A model generated the notes under the pieces. It was not told the origin of the DNA, did no database searches, and worked only from the letters and a program-made list of their open reading frames with translations. Below are positions 52,866 through 62,681 of a stretch of DNA of 64,000 nt, piece after piece (within the stretch, counting starts at the first letter, position 1; every line of letters starts with the position of its first letter). The position numbers and the translations under genes were made by a program. The stretch is from Candidatus Eiseniibacteriota bacterium. GTDB taxonomy: Bacteria > Eisenbacteria > RBG-16-71-46. The stretch is from contig CAVZLN010000004.1 in NCBI GenBank assembly GCA_963776245.1, positions 224,001 through 288,000 of the forward strand, read 5' to 3'.

Positions 52866-53608
52866 TCATCCTCGTCACCAACGACGACGGGATCCATTCG
52901 CCGGCGCTGCTGCCGCTGCGCGCGGTGCTGCGTCCGCTCGGCCGCGTCGTCATCGTCGCTCCCGACCGCGACCAGAGCGCGACCTCGCACTCGCTCACGC
53001 TCCATCGCCCGTTCCGCATCCATCACCACGAGCCGGACATGTACAGCGTGGACGGCACCCCGACCGACTGCGTGGTGACGGCGTTCTACGGCCTGCTCGA
53101 CGAACCGCCGGGCATGGTGGTGTCGGGCATCAATCTCGGACCCAACATGGGCGAGGACGTCTTCTACTCCGGCACCGTCGCCGCCGCGATCGAGGGCGCG
53201 CTCCAGGGGGCGCCCTCGATCGCGGCCTCGCTGGTGACGCGCGGGCCCGCCGACTTCGCGGAGCCCGCGGAGTTCATCGGGCGGCTCGCCCGCGTGGTCG
53301 CGGAGAAGGGGCTGCCGCACCGGCGCCTGCTGAATGTGAATCTCCCGGCCCGTTCCCACGCCCTCATCGCAGGGGTCCAGGTGACGCGACTGGGCACCCG
53401 CCGGTACGCCGACACGCTGATCAGGAAGACCGATCCCCGGGGACGCGACTACTACTGGATCGGCGGGGAGGACCCGGTGTGGGAGCCGGTCGAGGGCACC
53501 GACTTCCACGCGGTGAACGGCGGCTCGATCTCCGTCACACCGATGCGGCTCGACCTGAACGACGGCGACGCCTTCGGCGAGCTGCAGAGTTGGGGCCTCA
53601 TGCCGTGA
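52862..53608 (+). CDS. surE: 5'/3'-nucleotidase SurE
   Basis: ILVTNDDG, DGTPTDCV, SGINLGPN, YSGTVAAA. Confidence 0.96.
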   Translation: MIILVTNDDGIHSPALLPLRAVLRPLGRVVIVAPDRDQSATSHSLTLHRPFRIHHHEPDMYSVDGTPTDCVVTAFYGLLDEPPGMVVSGINLGPNMGEDVFYSGTVAAAIEGALQGAPSIAASLVTRGPADFAEPAEFIGRLARVVAEKGLPHRRLLNVNLPARSHALIAGVQVTRLGTRRYADTLIRKTDPRGRDYYWIGGEDPVWEPVEGTDFHAVNGGSISVTPMRLDLNDGDAFGELQSWGLMP

Positions 53609-54294
53609 CGCACCCCGCGGGAAGGCAGGACCGCGACCCCTTCGCGACCGCGCGACGCCGCATGGTCTCGGAACAACTGGTGGCGCGCGGCATCCGCGAT
53701 GCCCGCGTGCTCGACGCGATGGCGGAGGTGCCGCGCCACTTGTTCGTCGAGGCGGGCCTGGCGCCCCGCGCGTACGGGGACCACGCGCTGCCCACTCTCG
53801 AGGGCCAGACCGTGTCGCAGCCCTGGATCGTCGCGCGCATGCTCGAGCTGGCCGAGCTCGAGCCGCACCACCGGGTGCTCGAGATCGGCACCGGGAGCGG
53901 TTATCAGACCGCTCTGCTCGCGCGTTTGTGCGAGCGCGTGTTCAGCATCGAGCGCGTGCCCTCGCTGCTGAGGGGGGCGCAGCGCCGGCTCGAGGAGTGC
54001 GGGGTGAGCAACGCCGCGCTCTGTCTCGGCGACGGCACGCTGGGTTGGCAGGAGTTCGCACCCTATGCTAGGGTCCTTGTCGCTGCTGCGGCCCCTCATG
54101 TCCCGGAAGCCCTGAGGTCCCAGCTCGCGGAGGGAGGGCTCCTCGTCATCCCGGTCGGCGGCGCCGCGGTACAGGTCCTCGAGGTCTGGCGCCGGCTGCC
54201 GAAGGACCGTTGGGAACATCATCGCCACGGTGAATGCCGTTTCGTGCCCCTCGTCGGGAAGGATGCCTGGCCGGGCCGGAACGACACTGATTGA
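53605..54294 (+). CDS. pcm: Protein-L-isoaspartate O-methyltransferase
   Basis: VPRHLFV, QTVSQP, VLEIGTGSGYQ, GDGTLGW, RFVPL. Confidence 0.95.
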   Translation: MTHPAGRQDRDPFATARRRMVSEQLVARGIRDARVLDAMAEVPRHLFVEAGLAPRAYGDHALPTLEGQTVSQPWIVARMLELAELEPHHRVLEIGTGSGYQTALLARLCERVFSIERVPSLLRGAQRRLEECGVSNAALCLGDGTLGWQEFAPYARVLVAAAAPHVPEALRSQLAEGGLLVIPVGGAAVQVLEVWRRLPKDRWEHHRHGECRFVPLVGKDAWPGRNDTD

Positions 54295-54305
54295 GATGTC
54301 TGGGT

Positions 54306-54382
<77 letters not shown>

Positions 54383-54460
54383 TCTTTCGCGATCCAACCG
54401 TCCGTCCGGCGCGGCCCCCCCGGGCCTGGCGCCGGGAGTGTTCCCTGGTCGGTCCAGCCC

Positions 54461-54739
54461 ATGCCTCGCCTCCATCTCGTCGTCCATGGCCGCGTCCAGG
54501 GTGTGGGATTCCGCGCGTTCGTGATGCGACGCGCGCGCGAGCTCGCGCTGGTGGGTGAGGTGCGCAACCTGCCGGATGGCGCCGTCGAGGTCGTCGCGGA
54601 GGGCGCTCCCGGGCCGCTCGAGGGATTCCTCGGCGCGATGCGTCGCGGGCCGGCCTCGGCGAGGGTCACCGGCGTCGACGTGTCGTGGAGCGAAGCGGCC
54701 GGCCGGTTCGAGGGGTTCGAGATCCGTGGTCAGGGCTAG
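54461..54739 (+). CDS. acyP: Acylphosphatase
   Basis: GRVQGVGFR, GEVRNLPDG.VE. Confidence 0.94.
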   Translation: MPRLHLVVHGRVQGVGFRAFVMRRARELALVGEVRNLPDGAVEVVAEGAPGPLEGFLGAMRRGPASARVTGVDVSWSEAAGRFEGFEIRGQG

Positions 54740-55808
54740 ACCCGATCCACCCGAACGGGTGGTCTATCGCGAGCGGCTCGAGGCCGCGCTCGCCGAAGCG
54801 CGCGCGACCGGCCGCCTGCCGGCACGCGACTACGAGTCCCTGCTCGCCGACCCGGACTGCGACATGGCCGAGTTCGAGCGCTTCCGGGTCGCGGTCCGCC
54901 GCGCCGGCATCGCGCTCCCCGACGACGACGCCGACGAGGCCGTGTCGCCGCGCCCGGAGCGGGGCGAGTCCGAGCTGGACCTGCTGGACCGCTACCTGGG
55001 CGAGATCGGACGTTTTCCCCTGCTCGAGCACGCGGACCTGCTCGCGCTCGCGCGGCGTGCGCGCGCCGGGGACGAGGAGGCGCGCAAGCGCATCATCCTC
55101 GCCAACCTCCGTCTCGTCGTGCACATCGCCCGCGCCTACCGCAACCGCGGCCTGCCGATGCTCGATCTGATCGAGGAGGGCAATCTCGGTCTCATCCAGG
55201 CGACCGACCGCTTCGAGCCCGAGCGTGGACTGCGCTTCTCGACCTACGCCTCGATCTGGATCCGCCAGGCCATCCTGCGCGGCGTCGCCGAGCAGGCGCG
55301 GTCGGTGCGCATCCCGGTGCAGATGTTCCAGCAGGTGAACCGCTACGTGCGCGCCGAACGCTCGCTGCGGGCCGCGCTCGGCCGTGAGCCCACGGCGGAG
55401 GAGGTCGGGCGGGAGCTGCACATCACGCCCCTGCGCGCCCGACGGCTGGCCGGCCTGCTGGCGGGCCTGCGGTCGCTGGACGAGGGCTCGAGCATGGAGG
55501 CCTTCGAGCAGCTCACCGCCGAGGACCTCGGCGACGCGCCCGATTCGGTCGAGCGACTGGTGGAGCTGCAGCTCGAGCACGAGAAGCTCGACCGGCTCCT
55601 GCGCTCGCTGAGCGCGCGGGAGGAGCAGCTCCTGCGCATCCGTTTCGGCTTCTACGATGGCGAGTCCCGCACCCTGGCCCAGACCGGGGAACACTTCGGC
55701 ATCTCGCGCGAGCGAGCGCGCCAGATCGAAGGGCGGGCGCTCGACAAGCTCCGGCGCGCCATCGAGCTCCACGCGATGGACCGTCCATCCGGCCCCACCC
55801 TCCACTGA
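54726..55808 (+). CDS. Group 2 (RpoS/RpoD-like) sigma factor
   Basis: YLGEIG, NLRLVV.IA, DLIEEGNLGL, RFSTYA..WIRQ, ISRERARQIE; start uncertain. Confidence 0.9.
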   Translation: MVRARPDPPERVVYRERLEAALAEARATGRLPARDYESLLADPDCDMAEFERFRVAVRRAGIALPDDDADEAVSPRPERGESELDLLDRYLGEIGRFPLLEHADLLALARRARAGDEEARKRIILANLRLVVHIARAYRNRGLPMLDLIEEGNLGLIQATDRFEPERGLRFSTYASIWIRQAILRGVAEQARSVRIPVQMFQQVNRYVRAERSLRAALGREPTAEEVGRELHITPLRARRLAGLLAGLRSLDEGSSMEAFEQLTAEDLGDAPDSVERLVELQLEHEKLDRLLRSLSAREEQLLRIRFGFYDGESRTLAQTGEHFGISRERARQIEGRALDKLRRAIELHAMDRPSGPTLH

Positions 55809-55822
55809 ACGACGGGAGAGCC

Positions 55823-56356
55823 ATGTCCGACCTGAGAGGCTTCGTGCGCGACTACGCGGATTTCCCGAAGAAGGGCATCCTGTTCCGCGACATCTCCCCG
55901 TTGCTCGGCGACCCGGGCGCGTTCTCGGCCTGCGTGCACCAGCTGGCGACCCGCACGCCCAGGCCCGAGGTGGTGGTGGGGATCGAGTCGCGGGGGTTCC
56001 TCTTCGGTTCCGCGCTGGCGCTCCACTGGGGACTGCCGTTCGTGCCGGCGAGGAAGTTCGGCAAGCTCCCCGGCACCACGGTGCGCCAGCTCTACTCGCT
56101 CGAGTACGGCGAGGACACGCTCGAGATACAGGCCGATGCGATCGGGCGCGGGCGCCGCGTGGTGATCGTCGACGACCTGCTGGCCACGGGCGGCACCGCC
56201 AAGGCCGCCACGCTGCTGATCGAACAGCTGGGCGCGAGCGTGCAGGCGCTGCTGTTCGTCATCGAGCTCGAGGGCCTCGGCGGCCGCGCGGCGCTCAGCC
56301 CGCACGCGGTCGAATCGCTGATGCGCTTCGAGGTGTCGAAGCCGGCGGGCCAGTAG
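55823..56356 (+). CDS. apt: Adenine phosphoribosyltransferase
   Basis: DFPKKGILFRDI, GIESRGF, YSLEYG, VDDLLATGGT. Confidence 0.96.
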   Translation: MSDLRGFVRDYADFPKKGILFRDISPLLGDPGAFSACVHQLATRTPRPEVVVGIESRGFLFGSALALHWGLPFVPARKFGKLPGTTVRQLYSLEYGEDTLEIQADAIGRGRRVVIVDDLLATGGTAKAATLLIEQLGASVQALLFVIELEGLGGRAALSPHAVESLMRFEVSKPAGQ

Positions 56357-56428
56357 GGTGCACGCGGCCGCGCCGCGGGTCCGGCCGCGGCGCTCGCCCC
56401 GAGTCCGGGGCGAGCGGCGGCGCGGGGG

Positions 56429-56785
56429 TCACGGCTTCGAGAGGTCCCGGCGTGAGCTCTCGATGATCACCGCGGCGCTCGAGGCGCCGAGTGTGTACGC
56501 AGAGCGGAACTCGCCCTCGACGCCCACGCGCGCACCCTGCCGGGGCGCGCCGTTCAGCTTGGTCACCACCGTGAGCGCACCGGTGCCGTCGTCCAGCCGG
56601 TAGGCCCCGTAGCCGAGGACCCCCATCGAGGCCCCCACGTCGCCGGCGACGCGCACCGTCTTGCGGTCGTAGAGGCCGGGATCGTCGAGGAGCGTCTTGA
56701 TGGAGGTGGTGCCGTACCCTCCCTTGCAGCCCGTGGCGAGCGCCAGTAGCGAGGCGAGTACCCATATCAGGGCGGTGCGCTTCAT
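56429..56785 (-). CDS. Small lipoprotein, OB-fold-like
   Basis: Lipobox LATGC; I..LL.DP..YD.KTVRVAG.V, LDDGTG. Confidence 0.75.
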   Translation of the reverse strand: MKRTALIWVLASLLALATGCKGGYGTTSIKTLLDDPGLYDRKTVRVAGDVGASMGVLGYGAYRLDDGTGALTVVTKLNGAPRQGARVGVEGEFRSAYTLGASSAAVIIESSRRDLSKP

Positions 56786-56854
56786 GTCATCTCCGGATCG
56801 GGGTGGGGAGTGCGGGAGCGGCGGCGGGAGACCGCCGTGCGGGGTGGCGCGCGA

Positions 56855-57829
56855 TCACCAGCGCGCGCGAGTGCCTCGCACGTCGACGTGGACGAACGGC
56901 CCGTGGGCGCGTGTGGCGCGGTAGGTGCCGATCCCCCCCGTGAGTTCGGGGTGCTCGCTCTCGATGCGTTCGACGATGCCACGCAGCAGGATCGCGTCGC
57001 GCGCGGTCACTCGTCCGTCGCCGTTGAGGTCGTCCATGCGGCCGTCGCCGTCGGCGTCGATCACGATGTCCGCCGCGTCGCCGTACATGTGGCGGCTGTC
57101 GCGCGCGGGCCCGCGGCGCCGTGCGGTAGCCCCGCGCCGGATCGCCGAGTTGTACTGCGGGCTGCGGAACCCCGACATGATGAGGATCCGCGACGGCATG
57201 CCGAGCCGCTCGAGCTCATCGCCCAGCAGCTCGAGTTTGTCGAGCAGCAGCGGCTGGAGCACCACGTACTTCGGCCACACCGCGGTCTGGTCGTGGGTGA
57301 GGAAGTCGCGGAGTCGGAAGCGCTTCGACACTGGCGTGTCCGCGTTCTCGGACGTGACCTCGATGAAGCCCTCGGGGGGCTGGTAGCGCGATGCCGATGC
57401 GCGCCGTTCCTGCGGCCAGCGACCGAGGCGGTACGGACCCATGCGCGGCCCCACCTTGTCCTGGAACGGGATGAGCGAGAGCAGCCGCAGGGGCTCGCCG
57501 TCGGGAGCGCTGAAGGGCAGCTCGAGGGCACCGGGCACGCTGCCGTCGAGGAACGGGAGCAGGGCGCGCAGCACCGGGAGGCCGAACGCCTGCGCCGGGG
57601 TGGTGATGATGGCGCGCAGGTTGCCCGAGAGCCCGAGCCACTGGCTCATCAGGTCGCGCGTGCTGTCCGCCGGGCCGGATCCGCGCACGGGCGACTCGAC
57701 GCCCGCATCGCCGCCGTCGGTGGGCACGGGAGGGACGGAGGCGGGGGCGTCGGAGGACACCAGCAGGACGGCGAGAACGACCACCGCCGCCCGCAGCATC
57801 CGCACCAGGAGGGTCTCACGCGAGAGCAT
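56855..57829 (-). CDS. Peptidase M15 (YcbK/DUF882-like) exported metallopeptidase
   Basis: MSGFRSPQYN, SRHMYGDAAD (SxHxxGxAxD), FVHVDVRG. Confidence 0.85.
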   Translation of the reverse strand: MLSRETLLVRMLRAAVVVLAVLLVSSDAPASVPPVPTDGGDAGVESPVRGSGPADSTRDLMSQWLGLSGNLRAIITTPAQAFGLPVLRALLPFLDGSVPGALELPFSAPDGEPLRLLSLIPFQDKVGPRMGPYRLGRWPQERRASASRYQPPEGFIEVTSENADTPVSKRFRLRDFLTHDQTAVWPKYVVLQPLLLDKLELLGDELERLGMPSRILIMSGFRSPQYNSAIRRGATARRRGPARDSRHMYGDAADIVIDADGDGRMDDLNGDGRVTARDAILLRGIVERIESEHPELTGGIGTYRATRAHGPFVHVDVRGTRARW

Positions 57830-58016
57830 TCCGGGCAGGCTGCCACGGGGAGGTGGAACAGATGTCAGAATGGGGTCACTTCTCGAGGGCATTCCCATTG
57901 TCTTCGGCAGCCCCCGGGGGGCGGCTTGATGGTCATCGCCGGGGGGCTCCCGACCTCCGGTGAAGTCTCCATCCGCGCGGCGTATCCATTGTGGCGGCTA
58001 TGGTTGAGCCGACGCC

Positions 58017-58445
58017 TCATGATCCCGCGCGGGGTGCTTCCAGGTTCGGCTCGAGGAACACCTGGCGACTGCAGGTGGCGCATCGGAGGGCCATGCGCGG
58101 GGCGGGCGCGCTCCCGACCGCGAAGTCCTGCGGGGCCCCGCAGCCCGGGCAGTCCCCGCGCGCCCCGATCACGGTCATGCGTTCGCGGAGGCGCTGGAGC
58201 GCCACCAACGGGCCCGCGATCAGGAGACCCGGCACGAGCACGAAGTGGAGCACCGGCACGAGCACGGTGACGATCGCCAGGCCCCAGCACGCTCCAAGCG
58301 TGCGCAGCGCGCGCCCCACCCGCTCGCGCCTGGCGTGGTGCCTCACGCTCATCACCGCGGCGGTGCTGGGCCTCCCGACGTAGGTCAGGCTAGCGGGCAG
58401 CTCGTCGACGGCGGCCACGGGCGGGTTCGGGTCGGGCGGGGTCAT
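58017..58445 (-). CDS. Small membrane protein with C-terminal zinc ribbon
   Basis: TM hairpin (VPVLHFVLVP); CPGC...CATC. Confidence 0.7.
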   Translation of the reverse strand: MTPPDPNPPVAAVDELPASLTYVGRPSTAAVMSVRHHARRERVGRALRTLGACWGLAIVTVLVPVLHFVLVPGLLIAGPLVALQRLRERMTVIGARGDCPGCGAPQDFAVGSAPAPRMALRCATCSRQVFLEPNLEAPRAGS

Positions 58446-58612
58446 GCGATCTCCTCGGACGTGCTTCCCCGATGCGGCCGGCGGTGCCATGCGGATCACG
58501 GCGCCGGCCCAGACCTCTACCGCCGCCGCGGCACGCGAGCAAGTCCGACCCCGCTGACGGCCCGTCGGATTCCAGTATCCGTGGTGCTCCGGGTACGGTA
58601 TCGTCGTTGCCC

Positions 58613-58735
58613 ATGCCGACCCCCAAAGGCGCCAGGATCGGACCGTACGATCTCATCGCCCCGCTCGGTTCCGGGGACCTGCGCGAGGTGTTTCGTGCGC
58701 GCGATCCACGGCAGCCGCTGAGACCCACTCCATGA
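58613..58735 (+). CDS. 40-aa ORF resembling only the N-terminus of a Hanks-type Ser/Thr kinase
   Basis: MPTPKGARIGPYDLIAPLGSGDLREVFRARD versus typical G.RLGPYEI..PLG.GGMGEVYRARD; stop overlaps next ATG. Confidence 0.55.
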   Translation: MPTPKGARIGPYDLIAPLGSGDLREVFRARDPRQPLRPTP

Positions 58736-60351
58736 CGCTTCAGCTCACCGCCACCGTCGAAGGCCAGCGTCAGACGTGGGCGCTGGACGGGAAGCTGTTG
58801 CGCGTCGGGCGGTCGTCGCGCAGCGAGATCCCGCTGCCCGACGCCACCGTGTCCAAGGAGCACGCCGAGATCCTGCGCGAGGACGACCGCTGGGTCGTGC
58901 GCGACCTCGGCAGCCGGAACGGCACGCGCGTGAACGGCGCGGAGGTGCAGGCGGCGGTCCCGCTGCGCGACGGCGACGTGATCGAGTTCGGCAAGGTCGA
59001 GGTCCGGGTCGGCCGCGCGGAGGCGCCGGACCGCACCCGCTTCAGCGAGTCGCCGGGGCTCGGCTCCTCGATGCGTGCGGGCGCCCGCGACCTGCTCAGC
59101 CGGGCCACGGCGCGCGGGACGGAGGCCGCGAGGCTCGTGGGCCTGCTCGCCGAGGCCGGCCAGATGCTGGTGCTCCCGCGCCCGATCCACGAGACCTGCG
59201 AGGAGGTGCTGCGCGTGGTCGAGCGTGCGGTGCCCGCGCGACGCCTGGTGATCCTGCTGCGGGATGCGCCGGGGGCGGAGCCGGTGCAGATCGCCGTGCG
59301 GCACCTCGGGGTGCCCACGCGCGAACCGCTGGCGCTCTCGCGCACCATCCTCAACGCGGTGCTCGACGACTGCACGTCCGTCGTCACCCGGGACGCGGCC
59401 CAGGATCCGCGTTTCCAGGCGCAGCAGAGCATCGTGGCGCAATCCATCCGCTCGGCGATGGCGGTCCCGCTGTTCGACAATGAGAAGGTCCTCGGCGCGC
59501 TCTACGCCGACACCACCGACCCGCGCGTGCAGTACGGCGACGAGCACCTCGAGGTGCTCACCGTGCTCGCCAACATGGCGGCGGTGAAGATCACCAACGC
59601 GCGCCTGCTCGAGTCGGAAGCCACGCGCCAGCGCATGGCCCAGGAACTGGCGACCGCCGCGCACATCCAGCGCAGTCTGCTGTCGGAGCCTCCGGCGGTC
59701 CCGGGCGTGACGTGCGTGGCGCGGATCGTGACCTGTTACGAGGTCGGAGGCGACCTCTACGATCTCCACCTGCGACCCGATGGCCGCCTGGTCGTGGTGG
59801 TGGGCGACGTCTCGGGCAAGGGGATGGGGGCGGCCCTCCTGATGTCGTCGACGCTGTCCTCGGCGCGCGTGCTCTACGACAGCTGCCACGATCCGGCCGA
59901 ACTGGTCACCCGGCTCAACAGCGTGCTCCATCGCTCGACCGACGCCGGCCGCTTCGTGACCCTGTTCGTGGGCTGCCTCGATCCCGCCACCGGTGTGCTG
60001 CACTACTGCAACGCCGGGCACAACCCGCCGCTGATCGTCGGCAGGGGCGAGATGCGCCCGCTCGACGCGACCGGGATCCCGGTGGCGATGCTGGAGGCGT
60101 ACCCCTACGCCTCCGCGACCGCGACGCTCGAGCCCGGGGACACGCTCGCGCTCTACAGCGACGGCATCCCCGAAGCGATGTGCGGACTCGAGTTCTTCGG
60201 CGATCCGCGGCTGGCGGACGCGCTGCGCGTGGCGGCGGCGACCCCGGAGCTCGATCTGGCGGTGCGCTCGGTGCTGGCGGAGGTCGAAGCCTTCGCCGCG
60301 GGCACGCCACGCGTGGACGACATCACGCTGGTGCTCGTCCGACGGGGATAG
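58732..60351 (+). CDS. FHA-GAF-PP2C (SpoIIE/RsbU-type) phosphatase
   Basis: FHA GR...VSKEHA...SRNGT; GAF; VGGDLYD, GDVSGKG, NAGH, YSDG, DDIT. Confidence 0.93.
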   Translation: MTLQLTATVEGQRQTWALDGKLLRVGRSSRSEIPLPDATVSKEHAEILREDDRWVVRDLGSRNGTRVNGAEVQAAVPLRDGDVIEFGKVEVRVGRAEAPDRTRFSESPGLGSSMRAGARDLLSRATARGTEAARLVGLLAEAGQMLVLPRPIHETCEEVLRVVERAVPARRLVILLRDAPGAEPVQIAVRHLGVPTREPLALSRTILNAVLDDCTSVVTRDAAQDPRFQAQQSIVAQSIRSAMAVPLFDNEKVLGALYADTTDPRVQYGDEHLEVLTVLANMAAVKITNARLLESEATRQRMAQELATAAHIQRSLLSEPPAVPGVTCVARIVTCYEVGGDLYDLHLRPDGRLVVVVGDVSGKGMGAALLMSSTLSSARVLYDSCHDPAELVTRLNSVLHRSTDAGRFVTLFVGCLDPATGVLHYCNAGHNPPLIVGRGEMRPLDATGIPVAMLEAYPYASATATLEPGDTLALYSDGIPEAMCGLEFFGDPRLADALRVAAATPELDLAVRSVLAEVEAFAAGTPRVDDITLVLVRRG

Positions 60352-60401
60352 GGGACGCGGAACGGCCGGGGCGCGGGTGCGCGCCGGCCGCACCAGCGCA
60401 T

Positions 60402-61232
60402 TCAGCGCGCGGTCCGCACCACCCGTGCCTCGCGGCGGCGCACCCAGCCGTCGAGGGCGCGCACCCAGCCGCGCGGCGCGCGCACCGCGAAGTCCTTCGC
60501 GGTCGCCCGCCGGCCCTCCAGCAGGAGCTCCCGGGGCTGGTGATAGGTGCCGAAGCACCAGTCGGGCACCGGCAGCCCGAAGAACCCCGAGATGGCCTCG
60601 TTGCAGCCGATGTTGGCGTGGTGCATGTGATGGAAGCCATAGATCCTCCGCCACATCGCCCCGGTGCGCGGATGCTCGATGGCGGCCCGCCACCACTCGT
60701 ACGAGAGATGCTCGACCGCGTGGAGGGTCTCATAGAGGCTCATCGACCAGGCGATGGCGGCGTACCCACCGATGAGGACCGGCGCGTGCGGGAGCGCCCA
60801 CTGCAGCGCGACCAGCGCCGGAGTGAAGATCGCCCAGAACACCGCCAGCGCGTAGACCGGGAACGCGGAGTCGGGGAACTGCTCCGGGCTGGTGATCGGG
60901 TACTCGTTCAGCACGAAGCGGTCCGAGCCTTCCGCCACCGTCCGCAGGCGGATGGCCGTGAGGCTGTGGTGATGGCGATGGGCGCGCGCGAAGTGACGCA
61001 GCCACGGCGTGAACACCCCGTGCAACACGTAGCGGTGGAGGAACCACTCGAAGAAGGCCACCGCGAGGTGCACGCCGAGGAACACCAGCACGAACGCCAG
61101 CGGGCCGGCGGCGAGCTGGCGCGCCCATAGCGCCGGAAAGGCGAAGCGCAGCCCGAGCGCCAGCAGGGTGCACTGGGCCGCCACGAGCAGGCTGAACCGC
61201 GTGAAGGAGAAGCGCTGGGGGGCGGTCGGCAT
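60402..61232 (-). CDS. Fatty acid hydroxylase / sterol desaturase superfamily membrane protein
   Basis: His boxes EWFLHRYVLH, HRHHH, YETLHAVEH, HHMHH. Confidence 0.8.
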   Translation of the reverse strand: MPTAPQRFSFTRFSLLVAAQCTLLALGLRFAFPALWARQLAAGPLAFVLVFLGVHLAVAFFEWFLHRYVLHGVFTPWLRHFARAHRHHHSLTAIRLRTVAEGSDRFVLNEYPITSPEQFPDSAFPVYALAVFWAIFTPALVALQWALPHAPVLIGGYAAIAWSMSLYETLHAVEHLSYEWWRAAIEHPRTGAMWRRIYGFHHMHHANIGCNEAISGFFGLPVPDWCFGTYHQPRELLLEGRRATAKDFAVRAPRGWVRALDGWVRRREARVVRTAR

Positions 61233-61488
61233 GGCCGGATCCCTCGGGTGGCGTGCCGTGGCACGGGAGGAGGCGCCGCGCCTCGACGAAGACCCGCCAG
61301 CGAAACCGGTGGCGGGTCGGCACGACTCACTGGGATGTTACGACGGCTCTGACGAGATTGGACGCGGGCGCGGCGCGCCGGGTTCATCAATTCCAGCCCC
61401 GCTCGGGTCCCGGGGCGTCGCCAGGCCGCGGATGGGCCGTCACGGCGGTGCCGCGACGGCCGGCCACCGGGGCGCGCGCGCGGACGGC

Positions 61489-61932
61489 TCAGGCCATGCC
61501 GGTGTGGCCGAACCCACCGGCGCCGCGCGCGGTGGGTGAGAGATCGTCGACCTCGTCCCAGGCCACCCGCGGCACCCGGGCCAGCACCATCTGTGCGATG
61601 CGCATGCCGTGCGCGATCTCGAAGCGCTCGGTGCCGTGGTGGATGAGCGCCACGATGATCTCGCCCCGGTAGTCGGAATCGATGGTGGCCGGGCTGTTCG
61701 CCAGCGTGATGCCGTGGCGCGTGGCGAGCCCCGATCGCGGGCGCAACTGCACCTCGTACCCGGGTGGCACCTCGATGGCGAGCCCGGTGGGGACGCGCGC
61801 GATCCCGCCGGGCGCGAGCTCGAGCGGAGCCGCGAGCGCCGCGCGCACGTCCATGCCCGCGGCCCCTTCGGACTCGTAGACCGGCAACGGCAGTCCCTGG
61901 GCGTGCGGCAGGCGGCGGATGCGCAGTCGCAT
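61489..61932 (-). CDS. dut: dUTP diphosphatase
   Basis: [35 protein letters not shown]; start may be 61974. Confidence 0.96.
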   Translation of the reverse strand: MRLRIRRLPHAQGLPLPVYESEGAAGMDVRAALAAPLELAPGGIARVPTGLAIEVPPGYEVQLRPRSGLATRHGITLANSPATIDSDYRGEIIVALIHHGTERFEIAHGMRIAQMVLARVPRVAWDEVDDLSPTARGAGGFGHTGMA

Positions 61933-62188
61933 CAGCGTGCTCTCGGTGGCCGGCGTGGTTCGATCGGGCATCATGCCGCGCACCGTACCAGCCGGGGCGT
62001 CCGTGCTCCAGTCCGTCGTCGCGGCCCGGCCTCGCAAGCGCGCGGGGCAATGCCGGTGCCCCAGCGCTCGATCCGAGGGCGCGTCCGGCGGGGGCGACCG
62101 GTCCGCCCCGCTTGAGCGCGGCGCGGGCCTGACGCACACTGCACCTCTCACGAGCCGTGCGACGCCGCGCTCATCCAGGAGGCCCGAG

Positions 62189-62644
62189 ATGGCGAAGATC
62201 CTCACGACCGAGGCCGAGCTCGGCGCCGTGGTGCGCGCGATGCGCTCCGTGGCGGTGGTGGGCATGAAGGACGAATCGCGCGCGAGCGAGCCCGCGCACT
62301 CCATCCCGCTCCTGCTCCACGAGCGCGGCGTGCGCGTGATCCCCGTGAATCCTGCCATCCGCGCGGCCCTCGGCGAACCGAGCCGCGCATCCCTCGCCGC
62401 CGTGGGTGAACGCGTGGACGTGGTGGACGTGTTCCGTCGCAGCGACGCGATCGGCGAGGTGGCCGACCAGGTGCTCGCGCTGCCGGCCGGGCAGCGGCCG
62501 GGCGTGGTGTGGATGCAGACCGGCATCCGCAACGAGGAAGCCGCGGCGCGGCTGGTGGCGGCCGGCATCGACGTGGTGATGGACGCCTGCCTCGGCGTGC
62601 TCGCGACGCGTTACCTCGGAAAGCCGGAGCCGCCCCCGGCATGA
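62189..62644 (+). CDS. CoA-binding protein (YccU-like)
   Basis: [28 protein letters not shown]. Confidence 0.9.
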   Translation: MAKILTTEAELGAVVRAMRSVAVVGMKDESRASEPAHSIPLLLHERGVRVIPVNPAIRAALGEPSRASLAAVGERVDVVDVFRRSDAIGEVADQVLALPAGQRPGVVWMQTGIRNEEAAARLVAAGIDVVMDACLGVLATRYLGKPEPPPA

Positions 62645-62681
62645 CGCCGTCCCCGCTCCGACCGGATCACGTGGGCGAGCC

